A stretch of DNA of 64,000 nucleotides from an uncultured Actinomycetes bacterium (GTDB lineage Bacteria > Actinomycetota > Thermoleophilia > Gaiellales > Gaiellaceae). Positions 33,097-41,601 of the stretch are shown here, piece after piece. Numbering within the stretch: position 1 is the first letter of the stretch; the number at the start of each line of letters is the position of its first letter. The translations under genes were made by a program, and so were the position numbers. The stretch is from the NCBI GenBank assembly GCA_963772855.1, contig CAVYYY010000003.1, positions 568,290-632,289 of the forward strand, written 5' to 3'. Under the pieces are notes generated by a model. That model was not told where the DNA came from. It worked only from the letters and a program-made list of their open reading frames with translations, and made no database searches.

Positions 33097-34670
33097 CAGC
33101 GCGCATCGAGGCGCACGAGCGCCGCGCACGCCGTGCCGCGAAGCTGTTCGGCATAGACATGCGCGCCGGCCGTGTGCGCGAGCGGCGGTCCGGCGGTGCG
33201 GAGCATGGCCGCCACGGCGCCGAGCGCCGAGCGGCCGGGTTCGAACGGGCCGTTGCTGCGCAGGATCAGCCAGGAGTCGAAGGGATGTGCGTCGATGCCG
33301 GATGCGTGAAGGCGGCGCACCGCGCCCGCAGCGATTCCGTCCGGAAGCGGGAGCGAGACGTAGACCGCCTGCGCCTCGTCGATCCGCGTCGCGCCGCGTG
33401 CGAGAGCGACCGGCTCGCGCGCGAGCGCGCGCGCATTCGCGGATGCCGGAAGTCCCGCAAGGAAGACGGGTGAGTACGGATAGAGGACGTCGCCGCGTGT
33501 GACGTGTGCGCGCAGCCAGTCGGCCGGGGCGGCAACAGCCTTCTCGTCACCTGTCGCGATCGTCCGCGGATCGGGGATCGCCGACGGAACCAGCAGCGCG
33601 GCGAGCACGACCGCGACCACGGCCGGCGTCCTTAGCGGCGCCGGCAGTTGCGCGGCCACGGTGGCGACGCCCACGGCGACGAGGGCGATCCAGAGCGGGA
33701 GCATGAAGATCAGGTGGCGTGGGCCGAGCCGGTCACTCGTGAGCCCGGCCGCCCCGGCAACCCCGAGCGCAAGCGGCGGGAAGACGATGCCGACGGCGGC
33801 GAGCGCGGCGACGGGCGGCCGTCTGCGTCCCAGCACGACAGCGCCCACGCCGGCGAGAGCGACGAAAGCTGCAAGCCCGAGCCCACGACCTCCCGCGCTG
33901 CCTCCGAGCGCGCGCAGTGTTGCTTCCGCGGCCGAGTAGCCGCCGCTGAGGTCGGCACCGGCCTCGGGCGTGTAGCGATCCGAGAGTCGAAGATCGGTGA
34001 GGAGCAGCGGGACGGCGAGGACGGACACGCACAGCACAGGGATCGCGGCGCGCAAGGGTCGTCCGCGCCAGAGCACGAGTGCGACCGCGGCTTCCGAGGC
34101 GACGAGGAAGACTCCAAACGGATGAACCGCGACGGGAAGCAGGGCAGCGGCCGCGGCGGCGAGCGACGTGCGGCGGGTCGGGCGGTCTACGGCACGCACG
34201 AAGAGGTCGACCGCGAGCACGCTTGTGCATGCGAAGAGCGAGTACATGCGGCCGAACGTCCCATAGACCCCGAGCAGCTGCGATGTCGACGCAAGGGCGG
34301 CCGCGGTGAGCCCGGCGAGATGTCCGTTCAGACGGCGCCCGAGGTCGTAGCAGAGCGGAACGGTCGCGAGGGCGAAGAACACCGACAGCCAGCGAAGCGC
34401 GTCGGGCGACGTGTCCACCGCGAGCGCGAGGTGTGCGAGCACGAAGTGGAGCGGAGCGCCTCCTCGATCCAGGATGACCGTCCGCAGGACGTCGCCGAGC
34501 GGACGTGCGGAGATCAGCCCGGCGACCGCCTCGTCCTCGTGGAGCGGCGCGCCCGCGACGTCCGGAACGAGCCGGACGAGGAGCAGCGTCGTCAATCCCG
34601 CCACCGCGAGCGGCAGCGCGAAAGAGGTCGCGCTCCGCAGCGCGTGGCGTTCGAGTGCGGCGGTGCTCAA
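33093..34670 (-). CDS. GT-C fold membrane glycosyltransferase (family 39 / ArnT/PMT-like)
   Basis: Intact 525-aa polytopic ORF with more than 10 hydrophobic segments. It has an acidic first-loop motif (PLHEDEAV) and a soluble C-terminal domain. Confidence 0.6.
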   Translation of the reverse strand: MSTAALERHALRSATSFALPLAVAGLTTLLLVRLVPDVAGAPLHEDEAVAGLISARPLGDVLRTVILDRGGAPLHFVLAHLALAVDTSPDALRWLSVFFALATVPLCYDLGRRLNGHLAGLTAAALASTSQLLGVYGTFGRMYSLFACTSVLAVDLFVRAVDRPTRRTSLAAAAAALLPVAVHPFGVFLVASEAAVALVLWRGRPLRAAIPVLCVSVLAVPLLLTDLRLSDRYTPEAGADLSGGYSAAEATLRALGGSAGGRGLGLAAFVALAGVGAVVLGRRRPPVAALAAVGIVFPPLALGVAGAAGLTSDRLGPRHLIFMLPLWIALVAVGVATVAAQLPAPLRTPAVVAVVLAALLVPSAIPDPRTIATGDEKAVAAPADWLRAHVTRGDVLYPYSPVFLAGLPASANARALAREPVALARGATRIDEAQAVYVSLPLPDGIAAGAVRRLHASGIDAHPFDSWLILRSNGPFEPGRSALGAVAAMLRTAGPPLAHTAGAHVYAEQLRGTACAALVRLDARC

Positions 34671-34700
34671 GAGCTGCTCCGCCGCGGACCCTAGCTCGCG

Positions 34701-35168
34701 CTATCCGTCGGTGTGTTTCAGCGCCGACTCTCGCCGTTGAGCGTCGTCGAGCGAGAGCTCGCCGGAACACACCATGTCGTTGAGCTCGTTCTCGACCCTG
34801 TCGACCTGGGCGGCCCGCGGATACGGCTCGGGCCAGAGGTTCCGCGGGTCGGTCGGGTGGCCTCCGAGCTCGAGGCTGATCAAGTGGTCCTCCTGGTAGT
34901 CGGACAGCGAGCCGCCGACGCCGTATTGACGCATTTGTCTCCGTTTCAGCTCGTTCGTGTAGCTCGTCGGCGGGCGGATCGTCCTCGTCCATCCCCGCGT
35001 GCAGATCGTGCTGTCGATCGTCGCCTGCGTCACGACCGGGTTGAGCACGCCGGGCGAGCGCACCGGATCGGCCGGATACGGCCCGCGGGAGTTGGAGTGA
35101 CGAGGCGCGAACAGCGCGACTGCAAGGACGAGGAGCGCGAGTGGAAGCAGGACGGCGCGGTGGCGCAT
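34701..35168 (-). CDS. secreted His-Me finger (HNH-like) nuclease-family protein
   Basis: ORF 34701..35426 was trimmed to the ATG at 35168, because its upstream part is antisense to tRNA-Ala. It has a signal-peptide-like N-terminus (MRHRAVLLPLALLVLAVALFAP) and the motif DYQEDHLISLELGGHPTDPRNLWP. Confidence 0.55.
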   Translation of the reverse strand: MRHRAVLLPLALLVLAVALFAPRHSNSRGPYPADPVRSPGVLNPVVTQATIDSTICTRGWTRTIRPPTSYTNELKRRQMRQYGVGGSLSDYQEDHLISLELGGHPTDPRNLWPEPYPRAAQVDRVENELNDMVCSGELSLDDAQRRESALKHTDG

Positions 35169-35258
35169 GTCGTCGAGGGTGAGGGCGCCCGCACGTCGCC
35201 GCAAGATGGCCCGCCCGGACAAAGCCCCTTCGGCCCGGCCGCTAGACTGCCGCGGTAC

Positions 35259-35331
35259 GGGGCCATAGCTCAGCTGGGAGAGCGTCGCGCTGGCAGCGCG
35301 AAGGTCGCCGGTTCGAGCCCGGCTGGCTCCA
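35259..35331 (+). tRNA. tRNA-Ala (anticodon GGC)
   Basis: Hand-folded cloverleaf. Acceptor is GGGGCCA/TGGCTCC including the G3:U70 identity pair, anticodon stem TCGCG/CGCGA with loop CTGGCAG, and T arm GCCGG-TTCGAGC-CCGGC. Confidence 0.9.
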
Positions 35332-35352
35332 CTAGTACGATCCGCGACCGAG

Positions 35353-37246
35353 ATGAGGTTTCGCCGTCTCGCCGTCGCGTTCTTCCTCGCGGCGGCCGTC
35401 TGCACGACATCGGGCGCGGGCGCCATGGTGCATGCAGCACCGGCCTCAGCCGTTCGCGTCGACGAGCTCGGTTTCGCGCCGGCGGAGGCAAAGATCGCCT
35501 ACCTTCTCGGCAACTCGACGCAGCCGGTCTCCTTCACCGTGGTGGACTCGGCCGGCAAGACCGTCTCCTCCGGTAACGCCGGCGCCAGCCGCGGTCGCTG
35601 GAACGCGCGCTACGCAACCGTGCGCCCGCTCGACTTCTCGTCCGTCAACCATGTCGGCACGTACACCGTGCGTGCGGGCGGCGCGGTGTCCGCTCGGTTC
35701 CGTGTCGCCGCGGCGTCAGACCTCTTCCGGCCGAGAGTGCGCGAGGGCGTCGCGTTCTTCACCGCCCAGAGGGACGGCGCCCGCGTCATCCCCGGCTCGC
35801 TCGACCGGCGACCGTCGCATCTCAACGACCGCCGCGCGCGACTGTACGACTGGCCTCGTTACGAGAGCGCTGACAGCGACGTCATCCTCGGCCGTTCGCT
35901 CGTTCCGCTCGGAGGAAGACCGGTCGACCTCGCCGGCGGCTGGGTCGACGCGGGCGACTTCATCAAGTTCGCGCACACGACGGCGTACGCGGACACACTG
36001 CTCCTCGCAGCACGACGCGCGCTGGGCGCGAACGCACCTGCCGCGCTCGGCCCTGAGACCCGCTTCGGGCTCAACTGGCTCGGGAAGGCGTGGGACCAGC
36101 GGCGCAAGGTGATGTACATCCAGGTCGGCATCGGCTCGGGCAACAAGCAGGGCACGTTCTACGGCGACCACGATCTCTGGCGCCTGCCGCAGCGCGACGA
36201 CCGGCTCCCGGGAGGAAGCAAGACCCGTTACCTCCGCGAGCGGCCCGCGTTCCGCGCGAACAAGCCCGGGACGAAGGTGCCGCCGAATCTCGCCGGCCGG
36301 GTCGCCGCCGCGTATGGACTCGCGGCGCAGGTCGACGCGCATGACGCGGCCGAAGCTCGCTCGGGCCGAGCTCGCGCAGGGCGCTTCGGCCTTCGCCGCA
36401 GCGAAGACTTCCGGCGTCCGCCCTGCCGATGTCGTCACCGCGCTGCCGCACGCCTTCTATCCGGAGTCGTCCTGGCGCGACGACCTCGAGCTCGGTGCCG
36501 CCGAGCTCGCGCTCGCAGGACAGGAGCTCGGCGACGACCGCGCGGGCACCTGGTTGCAGTCCGCCGCGCACTGGGCTGATGCGTATCTGGGCGAGAAGGA
36601 CCGGGACACGCTCAACCTCTACGACACGAGCGCGCTCGCGCACGCGGACCTGATCAAGGCGATGAGGGCGGCGCCGGGGCACAGCGGGCTTGCCGTCACC
36701 GAGTCGCGGCTCCTGGACGACCTGCGCGCGCAGCTGGACAAGGGCGTGGCGCGCAGCCGGAAGGATCCCTTTGGCGCCGGGGCTGTCTACGACGACTTCG
36801 ACGCGGCGCCGCACACGTTCGGGCTCGATCGCGACCGCGCGGCTGTACCACGCACTCACGGGTGACGGCCGCTACGACGCGTTCGCCACTGCGCAGAGGA
36901 ACTGGGCGCTCGGCGGCAATCCGTGGGGCGTGTCTCTGATGGTCGGCGTGGGACGGGACTTCCCGCACTGCATGCAGCACGTTGTCGCCAATCTCTCGGG
37001 CAGCGTGAACGGGAGGCCCCCCTCCTGCGCGGTGCGGTCGTCAACGGGCCGAACGACGCGTCGCTCTTCTCCGACGGGCTCGGAGACCGGTTCGACACGA
37101 TGCGCCCGTGTCCGGCGCGGGGTGACCGCTATGCCCCGTTCACGGGCCACGGCAGCCGGTTCGTCGATGACGTCCGCTCGTGGCAGACCGTCGAGCCGGC
37201 GATCGACTTCACGGCCGCGGCCGTGCTGGCCTTCGCGCTGAGCTAG
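35353..37246 (+). CDS. secreted glycoside hydrolase family 9 endoglucanase with N-terminal Ig-like domain; 3 frame breaks (~36340, ~36840, ~37020)
   Basis: It has a signal peptide. The GH9 signature [12 protein letters not shown] is in ORF 35353..36579. Later parts ([13 protein letters not shown]; [14 protein letters not shown]; VVNGPN...[15 protein letters not shown]) lie in ORFs 36314, 36690 and 36923. Confidence 0.8.
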
Positions 37247-38292
37247 CCCAGCGGCTCGCCGAGCGCCGCGAGCTCTCGGCGCTCCGCCAGCCGGTTCAGC
37301 GCCTGCGCCTCGATCTGCCGCACGCGCTCGCGGGTCAGGCCGAGTTTCCGGCCGATCTTCTCCAGCGACTGCGGATCTCGGTCGCCGTTCATCCCGAACC
37401 TGAGCTTCACGACCTCGCGCTCGCGCTCGGGCAGCGTCTCGACCGCGTCCCGAACCGCGCTCTCGCTGAGACTGACGTGGACTTCCTCCGACGGCTCGGC
37501 ATCCTCGCCGGCGATGAGGTCGCCGAAGCTCGAGTCTCCATCCTGGCCGACCGGGCGGTCGAGACTCGTGACGGCGCGAGCAGCTCCGCGGACCTCCTGC
37601 ACGTGCTTCAGCGAGAGTTTCGCCCGGTCGGCGATCTCCTCGGCGGTCGGGTCGCGCTCGAGTTGTGAGATCAGCTCCCGCTCGGCGCGTGCGATCTTCT
37701 GCTCGCGCTCGACGATGTGCACAGGGATGCGAATCGTGCGCGACTTGTTCGCGACGCCTCGCTGCACCGCCTGGCGTATCCACCACGTCGCATACGTGGA
37801 GAACTTGTAGCCCCGGCGCCAGTCGAACTTCTCGACCGCGCGGATGAGGCCGATGATCCCCTCCTGGATGAGGTCGAGGAGCGAGATGCCGTGTCCCTGG
37901 TACTTCTTCGCGATCGAGACCACGAGCCGGAGGTTGGAGTTGACCATCAGGTCCTTGGCCTCGCGGTCGCCGAGCTCGATCCGCTTCGCGAGCTCGACCT
38001 CTTCCGCGGCCGTCAAGAGCTTGTAGCGGCCCGCCTCGTTGAGAAAGAGCTGGAGTGCGTCGGTCGTCGCAACGGCCAGGTCGCCGTTCACGTACGTGCT
38101 GTCCTCGGCTCCCGGGCGCGCGCAGTCGTCTGTCAGAGGAACGCTGCGCTCCTCGAGCTGCTCGAAGAAGCCCGTCACCTGATCCTCGTCGAGCTCCGCC
38201 TCCTGCAGGAACTCGCTCACGGCCGAGAGGTTGAGGCAACCCTGCTCCTCGCCCTGCTCGAGCAACGCCTGAAGACGCTCGTCAGCCACCAT
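37243..38292 (-). CDS. RNA polymerase sigma-70 factor, RpoD/SigA (group 1/2) type
   Basis: Intact at 349 aa. Region 2 is [37 protein letters not shown]...YATWWIRQA, with region 3 and region 4.2 ([20 protein letters not shown]) also present. Confidence 0.92.
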   Translation of the reverse strand: MVADERLQALLEQGEEQGCLNLSAVSEFLQEAELDEDQVTGFFEQLEERSVPLTDDCARPGAEDSTYVNGDLAVATTDALQLFLNEAGRYKLLTAAEEVELAKRIELGDREAKDLMVNSNLRLVVSIAKKYQGHGISLLDLIQEGIIGLIRAVEKFDWRRGYKFSTYATWWIRQAVQRGVANKSRTIRIPVHIVEREQKIARAERELISQLERDPTAEEIADRAKLSLKHVQEVRGAARAVTSLDRPVGQDGDSSFGDLIAGEDAEPSEEVHVSLSESAVRDAVETLPEREREVVKLRFGMNGDRDPQSLEKIGRKLGLTRERVRQIEAQALNRLAERRELAALGEPLG

Positions 38293-38417
38293 TTTGCGCT
38301 CCTCTCCCCAGTTCGTGGGATCGGCTAACTCGGATTCTCACTCCTCGCACGAAGGCGTGCATCCCCCGTCACAGGTTGACGCGTACGGTCGACGAGATCC
38401 CACCCAGGAGGACGCCC

Positions 38418-39788
38418 ATGCGCCGACCAACCATCCGGTCGCTGGCGGGGGGAACGGCCGGGATCGCCATCGGAGTGCTCTTCGGCATCGCCCTCACGGG
38501 CATCTCTGCCGGAGAGATCAGCCCGCCGCCGGCTTCGCCGACGGTCGAGGCAGCCCATCTGCCGCCGCTGCTGACGGTCCCCGGCGAGCCGGTGACGCTG
38601 CGCTACGCGATCGTCTGCGCGCCGCGCGACGACGGCCTCCCCTGCGACGGCGCGGGCGACGTCTACGTGCGCGCGGGCCAGACCGGCGTGTTCGAGAAGC
38701 TCCCCCTGCAGCGCGGAGCGAGCTCCCTGGACGGCCGCTACTCCGTGACGTTGCCGGGGCGCGTGAGCTCGTTCGCGACCGGCTTCTCCTACTACGCGGT
38801 GCTCCGCGACCGTGCGAGCGGCGCCCAGGTCGTCGTCCCATCGGGAGGGGCGTCCGCGCCGCAGCGGAGCCTCCCGTTCCGCAACCTGGCGAACGTCTCG
38901 CTCGGTGCGCACGCGTTCGGGCGCACGCGCGCGCCGGACGAGCGCGTCGTCGCCGCGCCGTGGGGGAGCGGGGTCGGCCAGGCCGGGCTCGCCGGCTCCC
39001 GCGAGCTCGGGCTTGTCGGGCCCTCGTCGTTCGACGTCACCGACGACGGGACGGTGACGCTCCTCGACCAGGTCAACGGCCGACTCGAGCGGTGGTCGCA
39101 CGGAACGGTCACCGCCACCTCCGTCGACGTGAACGGCGACATCGCCGACCTCGTGGTGGAGAAGGACGGCTCGGTCGACGTCCTCGAGTCGCCGACACGG
39201 GCGACGCCGGCGCCGATGCTGCGGAGCTTCTCCGCGACTGGCGCCCCGAAGTGGGCCCGCCGCCTGTCCGACCGGACCTGGTCGAGGCTCGCTCTCGGCC
39301 CCGACGGCCCGGTCGTCCAGCAGGAGCCGTCCGAGCAGTGGCTGCCTGCGGCCGTGGCCGGCGAGGCGCTCGACCGGGCAGAGCAGGCTCGCCGCGGACG
39401 GCCCGGGCGCCGCATCGCAGGCAATCGTGAGCTGGTCGTCGACCGCGTCGGCCCGAGCGAGCTTCGAGTCGCGGAGGTCGGAGCGTCCGGAATGACGCGC
39501 TCGTGGCGGATCACGAGCCAGACGCCGCTCGGAGAAGTCCAGCTCGCCGAGCCGCTGGACAACCGCATCGTCCTGGTGGTGAAGACGTACACCGACGATG
39601 CGAGCGAATACGTCCTCCTCGTGCTGGACCGCAGCGGCGCCGTCAGCCGGCTCTCCCTCGATGCCTTGGAGTGGGCTGAGAGCGCGCCGCTCGCGCGCTT
39701 CCGGCTTTCAGGCACGTCCCTCTATGAGCTCGGCTCCTCGCCGAACGGCCTGTTCGTCAACCGCATCGACTTGGAGGTGAACCCATGA
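38418..39788 (+). CDS. membrane-anchored/secreted hypothetical protein (beta-rich, possibly propeller-like)
   Basis: ORF 38376..39788. I prefer the ATG at 38418 because AGGAGG lies 7 nt upstream. There is an N-terminal TM (GTAGIAIGVLFGIALTGI) and I recognise no family. Confidence 0.6.
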   Translation: MRRPTIRSLAGGTAGIAIGVLFGIALTGISAGEISPPPASPTVEAAHLPPLLTVPGEPVTLRYAIVCAPRDDGLPCDGAGDVYVRAGQTGVFEKLPLQRGASSLDGRYSVTLPGRVSSFATGFSYYAVLRDRASGAQVVVPSGGASAPQRSLPFRNLANVSLGAHAFGRTRAPDERVVAAPWGSGVGQAGLAGSRELGLVGPSSFDVTDDGTVTLLDQVNGRLERWSHGTVTATSVDVNGDIADLVVEKDGSVDVLESPTRATPAPMLRSFSATGAPKWARRLSDRTWSRLALGPDGPVVQQEPSEQWLPAAVAGEALDRAEQARRGRPGRRIAGNRELVVDRVGPSELRVAEVGASGMTRSWRITSQTPLGEVQLAEPLDNRIVLVVKTYTDDASEYVLLVLDRSGAVSRLSLDALEWAESAPLARFRLSGTSLYELGSSPNGLFVNRIDLEVNP

Positions 39789-40393
39789 GGGCGTTCGCTC
39801 TCGCGCTCGGAGCCGGCCTCGTTCTCGCCGCGTGCTCCGGAGCCCAGGCGTACCACCGCTTCTGGACGAGGTGCAACACGGACGCGCCGACGTTCATGAC
39901 GACGATGACGCGCGACGCCGCCCAGGACTATGCCAATGCCGCACGCTACGACGGCTACCAGTGGGGCGGAGGCTGTTGGAACTACGACGACGTCGACTCC
40001 TACCCCGCCGATCCGCCGGGCGACGCGTCGACGCACGGAGAGGGCGGTGACTGTTCCGGGCTCGCGTTCAAGACCTGGCGCGAGTCGGTCGACGAGTGGC
40101 GCGACGGGCGCTACTACTGGTACGCCCTGCGGAACGTGCACGGGCCGTACTCGGCCGCCCGCTTCAAGGACGGCGCCGGCGCTCCGAATCATCAGATTGC
40201 CAAGTCGACCGCGGGCGTGATGGACGCGTTCGCGAGCGCCAATCACATCGGCCTTGTCTTCTTCCGGTCCGTCTACGGTGGTGACCAGATCGTCGAGGCG
40301 AAATGCGAGTCGTGCGGGACGAACATCTTCTTCCGCACATACCGCAGCGATCCCGGCTACGGCGGAGTGGCGAGATGGGGCTGGACCGGCTGA
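39785..40393 (+). CDS. lipoprotein with NlpC/P60-like cysteine-peptidase motifs
   Basis: The lipobox is LVLAAC. A candidate catalytic Cys lies in GGDCSGLAFKTW and a His in NHIGLVFF. The start overlaps the upstream stop (ATGA). Confidence 0.55.
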   Translation: MRAFALALGAGLVLAACSGAQAYHRFWTRCNTDAPTFMTTMTRDAAQDYANAARYDGYQWGGGCWNYDDVDSYPADPPGDASTHGEGGDCSGLAFKTWRESVDEWRDGRYYWYALRNVHGPYSAARFKDGAGAPNHQIAKSTAGVMDAFASANHIGLVFFRSVYGGDQIVEAKCESCGTNIFFRTYRSDPGYGGVARWGWTG

Positions 40394-41034
40394 GTGGCAC
40401 CGTGGCCATTGCGTTGCTGCTCCTCGTCCCCCTCGGATGCGACGACGACTCCCCCGGGCCGCTTCGACTGCTCGACGGGAGCGCCGCCGCGGAGTTCGAG
40501 CCTGTGCCTGGGAGTGTCGTCGCATCTGGACGCGAGCTCCGCGGCACCGCCCTGGGCCGCCGCTTCATCCTCTGCCGTCCCGAGAGCGTCGGGGCCGACA
40601 CGCTCGTAGTCGAGCGGATCGGCGTCGTCGGCGAGAGCCTGACGTTTGCCGACCGCGACCGCCGCACGCTCTATGCGTGCGACGGCGGCATCGACGCCAC
40701 AGGCGAGCGCGATCCACCGTGGTGCAGCAGTTCGGCCGGCAAGCTCTTCGACGGTCGGCTGCTCGATCCGCGGCTCGACGTCGGCTGCCGCGACCGGGAG
40801 GGTCGCCCGCTCGCCTACGCGTGGGTCGAGCCGGTCGCCGGCGCTCGCTGGATCGGGGTCGAACAGGGCGGCTTCACCGAGGTGTACGAGGTGCTCGGCA
40901 GGCTGCCCGTGCGGGTTGCGACGCGGCGGCGGATCGACCTCTCGCGATCCACGGCCACGTTCGGTGTGACGCAGTACTCCGGCGCCGGAGTCCCGCTGAT
41001 CCGAGGGGATCTCGAGGCGGCGGTTGCGGGCTGA
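40375..41034 (+). CDS. hypothetical lipoprotein
   Basis: ORF 40303..41034 was trimmed to the ATG at 40375. The lipobox is LLLLVPLGC. It overlaps the previous gene by 19 nt. Confidence 0.5.
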   Translation: MGLDRLSGTVAIALLLLVPLGCDDDSPGPLRLLDGSAAAEFEPVPGSVVASGRELRGTALGRRFILCRPESVGADTLVVERIGVVGESLTFADRDRRTLYACDGGIDATGERDPPWCSSSAGKLFDGRLLDPRLDVGCRDREGRPLAYAWVEPVAGARWIGVEQGGFTEVYEVLGRLPVRVATRRRIDLSRSTATFGVTQYSGAGVPLIRGDLEAAVAG

Positions 41035-41058
41035 GGAGGCGGGTAAACTCGCAGGACC

Positions 41059-41301
41059 GTGTGGGAGCTGATCTGGCTGATGGTGATCATGAAGATCCCC
41101 ATCCTGTACCTCTGCTGGGTCGTCTACTGGGCGATCAAGGCGGAGCCCCGGCCCGAGGAGCCTGCGTCGCTCGTGCCGGCCGAGGACAGCCCCGGCGGTG
41201 GCGACGGCTGGCGCCCGACCCGGCGCCCGCGCCGGCCTGGTCCGCACGGCCGGCCGACCCGTACGTACGCGCGCACGCGGCGGACACCGGTCAGGGCATG
41301 A
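41059..41301 (+). CDS. small membrane protein, basic Pro/Arg-rich tail
   Basis: 80-aa ORF with the N-terminal TM IWLMVIMKIPILYLCWVVYWAI. It is co-directional with its neighbours. Confidence 0.4.
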   Translation: MWELIWLMVIMKIPILYLCWVVYWAIKAEPRPEEPASLVPAEDSPGGGDGWRPTRRPRRPGPHGRPTRTYARTRRTPVRA

Positions 41302-41564
41302 CGTCGACGCCGACGCCGTACGAAGAGAGCAGGCCGGCGGACACCGTTGCGGGCCTCCTCGCGGCCCTCTCGATCTTCGCGAGCGCCATCGGGATCGCGT
41401 GGCGTCCTCTGCGGCTGATTCCGCTCGCGATCCTGCTCGCCCTGATCGCCCTCGCCATCGGCGGACGACACGAGCGTCTCGCGGGATGGGCCGTCTACAT
41501 CGGCGCCGCCTCGTTCGTGCTCGGAATGGCGGCCGCCGTCATCACGAGCAACCCGCTCTGGTAA
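41298..41564 (+). CDS. small 3-TM membrane protein
   Basis: ATG at 41298 inside ORF 40254..41564. The hydrophobic segments are VAGLLAALSIFASAIGIAW, LIPLAILLALIALAIGG and AVYIGAASFVLGMAAAVI. Confidence 0.45.
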   Translation: MTSTPTPYEESRPADTVAGLLAALSIFASAIGIAWRPLRLIPLAILLALIALAIGGRHERLAGWAVYIGAASFVLGMAAAVITSNPLW

Positions 41565-41601
41565 CGGCGATCACGCTGGTCCCGCTGCTACAAAGGACCA
41601 C

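Noticed and set aside
35169-35426. Upstream extension of the HNH-like ORF (34701..35426)
   Set aside because: It runs antisense through tRNA-Ala. A signal-peptide-type N-terminus begins at the ATG at 35168.
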